A stretch of DNA of 54,470 bases from NCBI GenBank assembly GCA_938091905.1, contig CALKOM010000114.1, positions 1 through 54,470 of the forward strand, in the 5' to 3' direction. The position numbers and the translations under genes are program-made. The stretch is from an uncultured Verrucomicrobiales bacterium. Lineage in GTDB: Bacteria > Verrucomicrobiota > Verrucomicrobiia > Verrucomicrobiales > DEV007. This document shows positions 9,840-19,866 of this stretch, piece by piece; positions within the stretch are counted from its first letter, which is position 1; every line of letters begins with the position of its first letter. Under the pieces are notes generated by a model that was given only the letters and a program-made list of their open reading frames with translations, did no database searches and was not told where the DNA came from.

Positions 9840-10277
9840 ATGTCAAAAGATAGCTTTACTCCAGAAGCCCTGCTCCAGGTCGCGCAAGAGACCATTGCCG
9901 CAGCAAAGTTTCCGCAGCTTGCCACAATGGACGGAGATCAGCCGAGAGTGCGTCCCGTTTCTCCAGTCAAGGTAGACGGATTCACGGTCTTTGTGGCAAA
10001 CCTGCGATCCTATGGAAAGACGGCACAGATTTCCGCCAATGCGAAGGTGGAGCTTTGCTACCTCTCGTCCACACACGATCAGGTTCGCATCACTGGCGTG
10101 GCGAAAGAGGAGACTGACGTCCAAGTGCTAGATGAACTTTGGCAAAGCAATCCCCTTCTCCGGAAGTACTTGGGATCACAGGACAATCCAGAGCTGATCA
10201 TCTATCGAATAGACCCGAAATCCGTGCGATTCATGCGCGAGTGGGCGCTGCAGTATGACGACGTTCCGTTGGACTAA
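9840..10277 (+). CDS. Pyridoxamine 5'-phosphate oxidase-like FMN-binding protein
   Basis: LATMDGDQPRVRP...K..QI..NAKVELC...QVRITG pattern. Confidence 0.8.
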   Translation: MSKDSFTPEALLQVAQETIAAAKFPQLATMDGDQPRVRPVSPVKVDGFTVFVANLRSYGKTAQISANAKVELCYLSSTHDQVRITGVAKEETDVQVLDELWQSNPLLRKYLGSQDNPELIIYRIDPKSVRFMREWALQYDDVPLD

Positions 10278-10280
10278 GCC

Positions 10281-11324
10281 ATGCGAGATTTCCTGCCAGA
10301 GAATCGCCCGCTACTCTTGCTTGCTCCGATGCAGGACATCACGGATCTCGCGTTCATGGGAGTGATGGAACGTTTTGGAGGGGGGCCAGATGCCTACGTG
10401 ACTGAGTATTTCCGTGTGCACGAGGATTCCACGTTGGAGAAGCACATCCTGGCCTCGGTCGACGAGAATCATACTGGCAAGCCCGTCCTTGCACAAATGA
10501 TCGGGCAGTCGATTCCTGACCTCGTACGCACGGCGAAGCTTCTCGAGGAACATGCCGTCGCAGGCATCGATCTCAATTTGGGCTGTCCCGCTCCTGTCGT
10601 CTGCAACAAGTCGGCCGGCGGCGGCTTGCTTCGCAAGTTGGATCATCTCGACGCCATTCTGGGAAACCTGCGAGAGGCGATCGCAGGAAGATTCACGGTG
10701 AAGACGCGGTTGGGCTACGACAATGCGGAAGAGTTTACTGTATTGTTAGATATCTTTGCCAAGCATTCTATCGATGCGCTGAGTATCCACGGTCGCACCG
10801 TTGCTGAACGCTATCGTACTCCAATTCACCCGAATTGGATTCGCCAAGCCGTCGAGCAACTCTCGTGTCCGGTGTTTGCAAATGGAAACGTGATCTCCGT
10901 GAACACTGGGAAAGCTCTTCATGCACAGACGAACGCCGCAGGGCTCATGATCGGTCGCGGGGCAATTCGAAACCCGTGGCTCTTCAGTCAACTACGCGCT
11001 GCCTGGAACGGTGATGCATTCTCGCCACCAACGCTGGGCAAAGTCTACCAATACATTCAGGCACTCTATAAAGAGACGAAGCGGACAAGGCGCTTCAGTG
11101 AAACGAAGCATGTCCAGAAGATGAAAAAGTACCTCGTGTTTATTGCTCAGGGGATCGATCCTGATGGTTCATTTGAATATGCCATTCGCCGAGTAACGAC
11201 ACCCGAGGAGTTCTGGCAACAGTGTGAGCTCCATTTGCAAGCACGCTCCGACCTTATCATGGCGGATCCCCCACAGCAGTCCACGATTTTCTGCGGCTTT
11301 GAAGCTCTCTTGACTTCTAATTAA
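10281..11324 (+). CDS. dus: tRNA-dihydrouridine synthase family protein
   Basis: LLAPMQDITD, IDLNLGCP, VKTRLG, IHGRT, ANGNV, MIGRGAIRNPWLF motifs. Confidence 0.9.
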   Translation: MRDFLPENRPLLLLAPMQDITDLAFMGVMERFGGGPDAYVTEYFRVHEDSTLEKHILASVDENHTGKPVLAQMIGQSIPDLVRTAKLLEEHAVAGIDLNLGCPAPVVCNKSAGGGLLRKLDHLDAILGNLREAIAGRFTVKTRLGYDNAEEFTVLLDIFAKHSIDALSIHGRTVAERYRTPIHPNWIRQAVEQLSCPVFANGNVISVNTGKALHAQTNAAGLMIGRGAIRNPWLFSQLRAAWNGDAFSPPTLGKVYQYIQALYKETKRTRRFSETKHVQKMKKYLVFIAQGIDPDGSFEYAIRRVTTPEEFWQQCELHLQARSDLIMADPPQQSTIFCGFEALLTSN

Positions 11325-11329
11325 CCCAA

Positions 11330-11472
11330 GGAATGGCCGCCCGCTGTTGAAGGCGGGCGACCTCAACCCTTGCAATCGTACAACCCCCAAACCCACCTAG
11401 CTTTTCATTAGACGGACCCAGGGAAGATGGAGTCGTAGGGCAGCCCAAGAGGGTTAGTCCCTGGTCCACCCC
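11330..11472 (-). ncRNA. Candidate intergenic small RNA
   Basis: Minus-strand TTGCTT-N17-GATTAT promoter-like element (11479-11507). 5' stem GGACCAGGGA/TCCCTGGGTCC and a 3' 10-bp GC hairpin (11335-11362). No convincing ORF. Confidence 0.35.
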
Positions 11473-11576
11473 GACCTTATAATCCTCCCGATCTCTAGAA
11501 TAAGCAAGTTCTATTGACGCCAGTTGGATGCGATTCCCGCGGTTGATAGCCCAGAAATAAGCCTTAGGAGAAGGGG

Positions 11577-12623
11577 ATGAACAAGATTCCGGTCGCTGTC
11601 ATCGGTGCGAGTGGTTACTCCGGCACCGAACTCCTGCGTTTGCTCCTCTTTCATGAGCGAGCAGATTTGGTGTGCCTGACCTCGCGCCAATCCGCTGGTA
11701 AGGCGCTATCGGACGAACAGCCCCGCTTCCGAGGACTCCCGAAAGCAGAGGCGCTCAAATTCTGTGAGCCGACCATGGAGAACCTGGAGGCTTCCGGCGC
11801 GAAGCTGGCCTTTCTCGCATTGCCGCATGGCGTTGCCTACCAATTTGCTGAGCCATTGCTGGAACGCGGCTGGCGTGTGATTGATCTGAGTGACGACTTT
11901 CGTGTGCAGGATGCGAATGCCTATGCGGCCTTCCGGGAGCACAACCACCCTGCTCCTCACTTGCTGCCAAGGGCAGCCTACGGTCTGCCAGAAATTCACC
12001 GAGAGGCGATTCGTAACACCTCGCTCGTCGCCTGTCCTGGATGTTATCCCACGAGCATGATCTTGCCCTTGGTACCGTTGCTTCGGGCTGGCTGCATCGA
12101 TCCAGATTCCATCTGCATCTCCGCAATGAGTGGCGTAAGTGGTGCCGGGCGTAAAGCGGCGATTCCCTTACTCTTTGTTGAGTGCAATGAGAGCGTTCGA
12201 CCGTACAACATCCCCAAACATCGTCATCTGGCTGAAGTAGAACAGGAACTCAGCATTGCCGCGGGTCGTTCCGTGATGGCATCTTTCACGCCACACCTCG
12301 TGCCAATCACTGCGGGGATTGCGACGACAATCTACGCGAACGCAACTGAAAGTGCGGATCCAACATCTGTAGGCAACGCCCTGACAGAAGCTTACTCCAA
12401 TGAGCCGTTTGTCCGACTGTTAGGAGAAGGCACCCTTCCTGATACCAAGCACGTCGTTGGCACGAACTACATCGACATCGGCTGGGTTCACGACCCGCGC
12501 ACGAACCGCTTCGTTATCTGTTGTGCGGAGGACAACTTGGGCAAGGGCGCGGCGAGTCAGGCAGTGCAGAATTTCAATCTTCTCCACGACCTTCCGGAGA
12601 CCACCGGGCTATTGCGGGTCTAG
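11577..12623 (+). CDS. argC: N-acetyl-gamma-glutamyl-phosphate reductase
   Basis: GASGYSGTEL, LALPHG, YGLPE, ACPGCYPT, SGVSGAGR, DNLGKGAASQAVQN motifs. Confidence 0.95.
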   Translation: MNKIPVAVIGASGYSGTELLRLLLFHERADLVCLTSRQSAGKALSDEQPRFRGLPKAEALKFCEPTMENLEASGAKLAFLALPHGVAYQFAEPLLERGWRVIDLSDDFRVQDANAYAAFREHNHPAPHLLPRAAYGLPEIHREAIRNTSLVACPGCYPTSMILPLVPLLRAGCIDPDSICISAMSGVSGAGRKAAIPLLFVECNESVRPYNIPKHRHLAEVEQELSIAAGRSVMASFTPHLVPITAGIATTIYANATESADPTSVGNALTEAYSNEPFVRLLGEGTLPDTKHVVGTNYIDIGWVHDPRTNRFVICCAEDNLGKGAASQAVQNFNLLHDLPETTGLLRV

Positions 12624-15600
12624 GGCTTTCGCGTGACTGTGATTTCTGCCAGAGGCGACCATTTCCCATCCAACAGCGATCGAGCTCGTATGCGCGTTGT
12701 TCCGCTCGCCTTGATCGAAATGGGCTCCGCTCCGGTGTAGCGAATCCCCTGGATCCTCGGGGTAATCAGAAAGTCCGAGCTAGCGGTACCATCCATACCA
12801 TGAATGGCTAACAAATTCTCGCCCTCACGGAGAAGCTTGCTCGCGTCGTCCAAAGGGCGGTCGTTAAACTTGATGGCTTCTCCTTCTGGATTGTCCGTGA
12901 CAGCTTGGGAATCCCACTGGGGTCTACTGGGGGCGTTCGCCGCAGCTACCTGCTGGCCGTTCAGGTAGGCGATAAAACCATCGTCATAGCGCATGCCCAA
13001 CGTCAATTCATCAAAGCCCTCGAGATGCGCTTTGGATAGGGTGAAGGGCACACGAATGTAGGCGGTGGTCAACTCTCTTTCTTTCATCGCTCCTCGAAAA
13101 TCGATGCCGATCAGATCAGCATAGTCACCTTGAGTGTCGTAGCCAATCCCAGTACGTCCCGGAGTCCAGGCTCGGTCATCGAATTTCGGTTGAATCCAAC
13201 TTAGTCCAAGAGCGCGGTTCCAAGGTACGTAGGCGCGGGCCGGAGCACGATCACCGAGTAAGATTGTGTGCTCGATCGTGGGGATACGCGCACGTTGTGC
13301 CGAGGTCGCCGGCTTCTCGTTGGGGTCACGCGGATCCGTGCCATCTGTCGTTACATAAATGGTCCCTTCGCCGCCTACAGCAAAGACCTTGGCAGACACA
13401 CTCACAGTACCACTACTACGAGTAAAACGTGGGGCAGGCAAACCAGCATACCACCCACGGTCATGCAGTTGTTGAAGCAGAGGTTCATGGCGCCCCTCAA
13501 TAAAGGTCTCGATCCCCTCAACCGCTCGCAGCCAGGTTTGTCGACTGCGGTTCGAACCACCCCACCGAGCAGAGTGCGCAATGATGGCCTGGTCAATGGT
13601 ATCCTTTCTAACCTTCAGACGGGCTAAGCCCGCCTCCGCGGTGAGCACCCCACTTCCAAAGAGGTGCTGCTCAGCGCGCTTGGTGAATCGATAAAGATAC
13701 TGACGATTCTCGACCAACCGCGTGTGGAGCCAATGCACATTGAATTTTCCATTACTAGCACTACCGCGAGACCGACGACTTCGATCACCTGCCAGGAATT
13801 GACCGGTCATATCATCCTCCCCAAGTCCCAATGAATGCTCGGAATCATGCTCGAAGAACTTAAAGCCATCGGGCTTCACTCGATTGTAGATAGAGAAGTA
13901 ATTGTTTCCCTTAGAGAAGACTCCGCCAGGCCCATCTTTATCTCCGGTATAGAACGTGATGAGCATGTAGTCGATGATATTGTCAATATCGACAAGACGC
14001 TCGAATTCAGGATTCCTTTGACCATCCGGGTTCATACCCTGCACTTTAAAATACACAGCGTCGTCTTCGAAACCGCGGCTGGCAATTTGATAGAGTCGCT
14101 CTCCAGCTTCTCCATTGCCATCAGTCACTTCACCATGCGTCTTCACCGTATCATAGTCCTCCTTATTGCCACCCAGGTAAGCCGCGCCAAAAGTCGCCTC
14201 CGAACGCTCCTGAGTCATGTAGATTCCCCAGTAGTGACCATTGAGGTATAAATGATAGAAGCGCGTGCGAGTGTACGGTTGCCCCATCGCGCCTTGTGTA
14301 TCGCGAGACCACACATCGCGCAGCAAGGTGTTTTGATTTCCGCCATCAAAGGCCCATGAGTAATTCATGCTTGAACGGAAGTCGATCTTGTCGAACTCCT
14401 TGACGCCCTCGTCCTCAAACAAGGGATACTTGAGCTTCCCATTGCCATATTCCTTACGAAAGATCATGCGGAACCCATGTTTCGGATTACGTCCCTGTCG
14501 GCTAAAGCCACCACGTGCACGGAGACCGCCATTTACCTGAAAACCTTTAGAACCGTCCTGATTGAGAAGCTCGACCGAGGCCGCCCGTTCCCAATGACGC
14601 CCTCGTCCCCGGGCATTCGCATAAATGCCAGTCGTTGAGTCGAAGAGACTTTTGATTGGTGCGACAATGGATAGCGAAGGCAGAGATTGTAGAGAAGCCT
14701 TGACCTCCTCAGCCGTGTGTAGCCTACCAACGATCGCGGTATCCATCCCATAGTCCATTTCCTGTTGATTCACATAGCCATCTGGCCAGCCAGGAGGTGG
14801 CACGTGTTTAGGCGTTCGAATGATGTCATCGAGAAAGAGGAAGGTCCGCGTGACGACGCGGGCCGCTTTGTGCTTCGGCTTAAAGGCCGCTACTCGTAAT
14901 GTGGTTGTTTTAGAAATCGCTAATGGTCCGGTATAGATTCTGCCGACATCAATCGTTGGCTCATCTCCATTGATTGTGTAGCGGATTTCCGCACCCGCCG
15001 TTGAGGTCTCAAGCTCCAGTTTGAAGGGCTTCTCAAAGTGACCTCCACTCTGACTCAGATAGAGAGGCTTAACAATACCCAACAGCTTCTCACTATTAGG
15101 TTCACCAGGAGTTGGCTCTAACAACATCCCATCTTCGTCCGTCGTACCAATGCGGCCATAGGATACATCATCATGCTGATCAGGGAACTTTGGAGCGTAG
15201 GCATGGCAGACCGTCTTGCCATCTGGCTTGACGAGAGCCAAGTACTCGCCCTTGCCATCGAGCTTGAATGGCACGTGCATGGCGGGCATCCGCTTCGTGG
15301 GCCTGTTAGGAAGACGCACCCTACGTTGCCGACGCTCCAGACGCTCCAAGATCTCCTCCACTCTCTCAGGCGACATACTCTCGATGAACTCTTCTGATAT
15401 TCCCCAATCCAGCAGTCGCTGCCGCTTCGGATCGATCGACGCCGCAACGTTGATCTCCTTCTCCAACCCAGATGCAAAGAGGACGAGATAGCCACCAGCA
15501 GGTAGCGAGACCTTCGGAAACTTCCACCCATCCAATTCTTTTTCAGAATCCGTTAGGGCATAGCCTTCTAAGTTGAGCGCTTCACTATCGGGATTATGAA

Positions 15601-15742
15601 TCTCGATCCAATCGTAAGTTTCACCGTCTGTGTCCTTAAGGCCCGTATTATTCTGGGCAAGAAACTCAGAAATCAATGGTTCTGCTAAGGTGGTCTTGGC
15701 CAGAAAGACCGAGGCAAGGAAAGGCAGGCTAGACCGGATCAT
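12620..15742 (-). CDS. Secreted CotH kinase-family protein with lamin-tail and chitobiase/FN3-associated domains
   Basis: Signal peptide, ISEFLAQN...DWIEI (lamin-tail domain), IRYTINGDEP, WERAASVE, LYLNGHYWGIY..QER (CotH), C-terminal YDDGFIAYLNG domain. Start chosen at MIRSSLP. Confidence 0.85.
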   Translation of the reverse strand: MIRSSLPFLASVFLAKTTLAEPLISEFLAQNNTGLKDTDGETYDWIEIHNPDSEALNLEGYALTDSEKELDGWKFPKVSLPAGGYLVLFASGLEKEINVAASIDPKRQRLLDWGISEEFIESMSPERVEEILERLERRQRRVRLPNRPTKRMPAMHVPFKLDGKGEYLALVKPDGKTVCHAYAPKFPDQHDDVSYGRIGTTDEDGMLLEPTPGEPNSEKLLGIVKPLYLSQSGGHFEKPFKLELETSTAGAEIRYTINGDEPTIDVGRIYTGPLAISKTTTLRVAAFKPKHKAARVVTRTFLFLDDIIRTPKHVPPPGWPDGYVNQQEMDYGMDTAIVGRLHTAEEVKASLQSLPSLSIVAPIKSLFDSTTGIYANARGRGRHWERAASVELLNQDGSKGFQVNGGLRARGGFSRQGRNPKHGFRMIFRKEYGNGKLKYPLFEDEGVKEFDKIDFRSSMNYSWAFDGGNQNTLLRDVWSRDTQGAMGQPYTRTRFYHLYLNGHYWGIYMTQERSEATFGAAYLGGNKEDYDTVKTHGEVTDGNGEAGERLYQIASRGFEDDAVYFKVQGMNPDGQRNPEFERLVDIDNIIDYMLITFYTGDKDGPGGVFSKGNNYFSIYNRVKPDGFKFFEHDSEHSLGLGEDDMTGQFLAGDRSRRSRGSASNGKFNVHWLHTRLVENRQYLYRFTKRAEQHLFGSGVLTAEAGLARLKVRKDTIDQAIIAHSARWGGSNRSRQTWLRAVEGIETFIEGRHEPLLQQLHDRGWYAGLPAPRFTRSSGTVSVSAKVFAVGGEGTIYVTTDGTDPRDPNEKPATSAQRARIPTIEHTILLGDRAPARAYVPWNRALGLSWIQPKFDDRAWTPGRTGIGYDTQGDYADLIGIDFRGAMKERELTTAYIRVPFTLSKAHLEGFDELTLGMRYDDGFIAYLNGQQVAAANAPSRPQWDSQAVTDNPEGEAIKFNDRPLDDASKLLREGENLLAIHGMDGTASSDFLITPRIQGIRYTGAEPISIKASGTTRIRARSLLDGKWSPLAEITVTRKP

Positions 15743-15873
15743 GCCAAAGGATCTGACGGCGAAGCGATAAATGCAATCCAAACGCATCCCAGGATTCATC
15801 CGCCCGATGAACACTTGACTTTCACCTGAGCGCCCATTGTCTGGCGGGCCAATCTCGACCATTCACTTACCAA

Positions 15874-18264
15874 ATGAACGACGACAAGCCGAAGACCGAC
15901 TACATGGAGAATGATCTCCTGGAGAAGCGGGAACAGTTCTTCCCTGGAAAGGTCATTCGCCATGAAATTGCTGACGGCACGGCTACATTCTGGACGGACA
16001 ACGGTGTTGTCTTCCGCGCTTCATTCCTATCAAAGGCACTGGTTCGCTTTCGATACGGCACGGAAGGCGAGTTCGAAGACGATTTCTCTTACGCGATCGA
16101 TCCAAAGTTCACGCCGACGAGCATAACGTTGACGGAGCGCACGACTAGCGAAAGCGTCATTCTTGGTTCAGGCACCATCGAAGTGGAGATCTCCATGGAA
16201 GGACTTCTTGTTTCGGTCCGTGACGCCTCGGGCAAAGTGCTATCTGAGGACGAGAAAGGATTTCATTGGCAAGAGAACACCGATGCTGGTGGCAATATCG
16301 TGATGTGTAGCAAGCTCATTCAAGGTGGCGAAGAATTCTATGGTCTAGGTGACAAAAGTTGTTCTCTATCTCTCCGCGGGAAACGGTTCGAGTTATGGGG
16401 ATCTGACACATACGCCTATGGTCGCGATACGGATCCGCTCTACAAAAACATTCCATTCTACCTAAGCCTACATCACAAAAAGAGCTACGGGGTTTTTTTT
16501 GATAACAGTTTCCGTAGTTTCTTTGACTTTGGTCATGAGCGCAAGAATGTAAGCAGCTTCTTTGCCCACGGCGGTGAGATGAATTACTACTTCATCTACG
16601 GAGATGGCCAACTGGAAGTGGCCGAAACGTTCACCAAACTAACAGGACGCCCAGATTTACCCCCCTTGTGGGCACTGGGCTATCACCAGTGTAAATGGAG
16701 CTACGCTGACGAGGCTACCGCCAAGAAGATCACCGCCACCTTTCGAGAACTGGAGATTCCCTGTGACGCTATCTATCTAGATATCGACTACATGGACGGC
16801 TTCCGCTGTTTCACCTGGAATGAGGAGAACTTTCCAGATAGGCGCAGGATGATCTCAGAGCTAGAATCACAGGGATTCAAGACTGTCGTGATGATCGATC
16901 CTGGGATCAAGGTCGATGATGACTACTGGGTCTATAGAGAAGGCAAAGAGGGCGATCATTTCTGCAAACGCATGGACGGCCCGCGAATGAAGGGCAGCGT
17001 TTGGCCAGGCAAATGCTGTTTCCCTGACTTCACCAAGGCGAGTGTCCGCGAGTGGTGGGCAGGCCTCTACAAGGGGCTAATGTTGGAAGATGGTGTCCAC
17101 GGGGTGTGGAACGACATGAACGAGCCCGCCGTTTTTGAAACGGGCACGTTTCCCGATGATGTTCGCCACCACTATGAAGGCCAGCGGTGCAGTCATCGCA
17201 AGGCCCACAACGTCTATGGAACACAGATGGTTCGGGCAACCTACGAAGGGTTAAAGAAGTTTGGCAATGGAAAGCGGCCCTTCGCCATCACGCGTTCAGC
17301 TTATGCCGGAGTGCAGCGTTTCTCCTCGGCCTGGACTGGAGACAACGTCGCCTCGTGGGAACACCTTCGCATTGCCAATGTGCAGTGCCAACGTCTCGCA
17401 ATGAGTGGGCTCTCGTTCATCGGTTCCGATATTGGTGGTTTCATTGATAGTCCAGATGGCGAGCTTTACACTAGATGGCTACAAATGGCGGTCTTCCATC
17501 CGTTCTGTCGAACGCATTCGTCTGGTGACCATGGCGACCAGGAACCTTGGTCTTTTGGTGAGCCCTATACATCTATTGCACGAGAAGCAATCGAGCTTCG
17601 CATGCAACTTCTTCCCTACATTTACACAACATTCTGGCAACATCACAAGATGGGAACTCCAATGTTGCGTAGCCTCGTCGCACTCTCGCCCGATGATCCC
17701 GAGACGCATCATCGCGAGGAAGAATTCGGTTTGGGAGATCAACTCCTCATTTGCCCGGTATCACAACCCGGAGTTGATGGACGCTGGGTTTATCTTCCGG
17801 GCGGAGAATGGGTCGACTTCTGGGAGGACCTTGCTCACGACGGGAGCAACGAGGTTTGGGTCCGCACGCCGCCCAACCAGATTCCAGTCTTTGTCCGTGC
17901 AGGCAGCGTGCTCATGCTCGGACCGAAGCAGCAATATGTGGGGGAACTGGCGACCGCTCCACTCACCTTGCACCTCTATCTGCCTCCTACGGAAGGATCG
18001 GTCACGACTCAAAGCTACGAGGACGCCGGAGACGGGGACGGTTCCGACTTGATAAAAACGTTCACATTGTCCCGGCAAGGATGTCGTCAAACCCGTTTCG
18101 GGGACTTTGAAGAGGCCTATGAATCCTATGACGTGGTCCTCCACCTGGCCGACGGACTCTTAAAAATAAACGTGGATGGCACCGAGATGCCCGGCGAGCC
18201 AGCTAATAAGACCCTGATCATTAGAGGCGTAGATCCAAATTTCCGAGAAATTACCTTCGAGTAG
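15874..18264 (+). CDS. Glycoside hydrolase family 31 (alpha-glucosidase-like)
   Basis: YKNIPF, LDIDYMDG, WNDMNEP nucleophile motif, WTGDN, GSDIGGF, PFCRTH. Confidence 0.92.
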   Translation: MNDDKPKTDYMENDLLEKREQFFPGKVIRHEIADGTATFWTDNGVVFRASFLSKALVRFRYGTEGEFEDDFSYAIDPKFTPTSITLTERTTSESVILGSGTIEVEISMEGLLVSVRDASGKVLSEDEKGFHWQENTDAGGNIVMCSKLIQGGEEFYGLGDKSCSLSLRGKRFELWGSDTYAYGRDTDPLYKNIPFYLSLHHKKSYGVFFDNSFRSFFDFGHERKNVSSFFAHGGEMNYYFIYGDGQLEVAETFTKLTGRPDLPPLWALGYHQCKWSYADEATAKKITATFRELEIPCDAIYLDIDYMDGFRCFTWNEENFPDRRRMISELESQGFKTVVMIDPGIKVDDDYWVYREGKEGDHFCKRMDGPRMKGSVWPGKCCFPDFTKASVREWWAGLYKGLMLEDGVHGVWNDMNEPAVFETGTFPDDVRHHYEGQRCSHRKAHNVYGTQMVRATYEGLKKFGNGKRPFAITRSAYAGVQRFSSAWTGDNVASWEHLRIANVQCQRLAMSGLSFIGSDIGGFIDSPDGELYTRWLQMAVFHPFCRTHSSGDHGDQEPWSFGEPYTSIAREAIELRMQLLPYIYTTFWQHHKMGTPMLRSLVALSPDDPETHHREEEFGLGDQLLICPVSQPGVDGRWVYLPGGEWVDFWEDLAHDGSNEVWVRTPPNQIPVFVRAGSVLMLGPKQQYVGELATAPLTLHLYLPPTEGSVTTQSYEDAGDGDGSDLIKTFTLSRQGCRQTRFGDFEEAYESYDVVLHLADGLLKINVDGTEMPGEPANKTLIIRGVDPNFREITFE

Positions 18265-18308
18265 TAAATGTTATTTGAAATTTACATTCCACCTGATATT
18301 TATTATAA

Positions 18309-18770
18309 GTGCCGGTTAATCCGACAGATCAACCTCTGACCTTCCACTGCACTTCGTGCAACGGCCGCATTCAAACGCCTGCTAGCTTTGCGGGATTTTC
18401 TGCACCCTGCCCATTCTGTGCGCAAATTGTGACAGCGCCCTACCCCAAGCCCGCACAATGGGTCCCGGCACCGGCAACACAACGTGCCACCATCAAACGC
18501 CTCACGCTGCCTGACCACCTCTCAGAACCGCCTCTCGAAGCCGTGCAGATTGCTCCGCGAGACATTCGCCCTCATCCGAATCACGCGACATCGGCTAGCC
18601 CCACTACTGACCCAGCTGTTTCCAAGCTAGATCAGTTGTTCAACACGATAGTCGCCATGGAGGAGCGAATCGAATCTAGACCACGTCTTCGCCGCAAAGG
18701 CAAGATACCCTTCGAACGTCCGCTACGGCGTACCGATGACCGCGATCTGCAAGCGTTTCGATCGAGATGA
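18309..18770 (+). CDS. Hypothetical protein with N-terminal zinc ribbon
   Basis: FHCTSC...APCPFC followed by a Pro-rich linker. AT-rich upstream region. Confidence 0.6.
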   Translation: MPVNPTDQPLTFHCTSCNGRIQTPASFAGFSAPCPFCAQIVTAPYPKPAQWVPAPATQRATIKRLTLPDHLSEPPLEAVQIAPRDIRPHPNHATSASPTTDPAVSKLDQLFNTIVAMEERIESRPRLRRKGKIPFERPLRRTDDRDLQAFRSR

Positions 18771-18813
18771 GGCTCGGCTTGAGCACACCTAAGGAAGCGC
18801 GTAGGTAGCTTAC

Positions 18814-19860
18814 ATGCGTGCCGCAATCTATCGTGGGAAAGAAGCACTAGACGTTGAAGAGGTCGACGATCCAATCATCGCAGACGGTGAAGTTTTGCTA
18901 GAGATCGAAGCTTGTGCCGTGTGTGGCACCGATCTCAGGACCTACCGTCACGGTGACCAGAAGATCAAGCCTCCTCGTATACTCGGCCACGAGTTCTGTG
19001 GGCGCGTCGTCGACTCTCGTGCTTCTGAAACGCACGGACTTCGCCTGGGGGATCGCGTGGTCATGTACATTGTCTTGCCCTGTGGGGAATGTCTCTATTG
19101 CAAACGAGGGCGTCAGAACTTGTGCCAGCAACGCACAACGATGTCCTATCACTATGATGGCGCCTTTGCTCCTCTCATGAAAGTGCCTGCAGCGGCGGTT
19201 AGCAATGGCCAACTGTTCAAAGTAGAGACTGACATTCCCTCCTCGCACATGGGATTAGCTGAACCCCTCGGTTGCGTGATCAACGCACATGGCCGCCTCA
19301 ATATCGGACTGCATGACACGGTCGCTGTGATCGGCGCAGGCCCAATTGGAGTCATGCATGCCGCCGTCGCGCGTTTGCAAGGCGCACAGAAAGTGTGGAT
19401 GTTAGATATTTCATCAGCACGACTGGAGAAAGCGAATGCCTTCGATCTTGAAGGCACGGTCGTCGTGACTGCCAACGGCGATCATCTAGCACAGATACAG
19501 GAGCTAACTGATGGTCTTGGCCCAAGCGTGGTGATTGTTGCCTGTAGCCACGCACAGGCCCAAGCAGATGCTCTGGAAATGGCCGGGAAGGGTGGCCGCG
19601 TCGAATTCTTCGGGGGCTTGCCGAAATCAGCTCCAACTGCAGTGCTCAATACCAACCATTTGCACTACAAGGAGCTGCTCGTCACTGGGTCTTACTCCGA
19701 GAAGATGAGTGACTTTCAAGCGTCTCAATCTCTCATTCAAAGTGGGCGCTTTCCGGCAGATCGCATCATCACTCACACGCTCCCTCTCGACCGTATTGAA
19801 GAGTCCTTTCCCCTCATGGAGTCTGGCGAGGCACTCAAAGTCTGTATCACGCCTAACTAA
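18814..19860 (+). CDS. Zinc-dependent alcohol/polyol dehydrogenase (MDR family)
   Basis: VCGTD, GHEFCG, CGECLYC...C structural zinc site, GAGPIG. Confidence 0.9.
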   Translation: MRAAIYRGKEALDVEEVDDPIIADGEVLLEIEACAVCGTDLRTYRHGDQKIKPPRILGHEFCGRVVDSRASETHGLRLGDRVVMYIVLPCGECLYCKRGRQNLCQQRTTMSYHYDGAFAPLMKVPAAAVSNGQLFKVETDIPSSHMGLAEPLGCVINAHGRLNIGLHDTVAVIGAGPIGVMHAAVARLQGAQKVWMLDISSARLEKANAFDLEGTVVVTANGDHLAQIQELTDGLGPSVVIVACSHAQAQADALEMAGKGGRVEFFGGLPKSAPTAVLNTNHLHYKELLVTGSYSEKMSDFQASQSLIQSGRFPADRIITHTLPLDRIEESFPLMESGEALKVCITPN

Positions 19861-19866
19861 TTCTTC

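Noticed and set aside
11420..11480. Possible tRNA-Sec (GGAAGAT... start, selB nearby)
   Set aside because: No TTCAAA anticodon loop, no T-arm GTTCGA and no cloverleaf.
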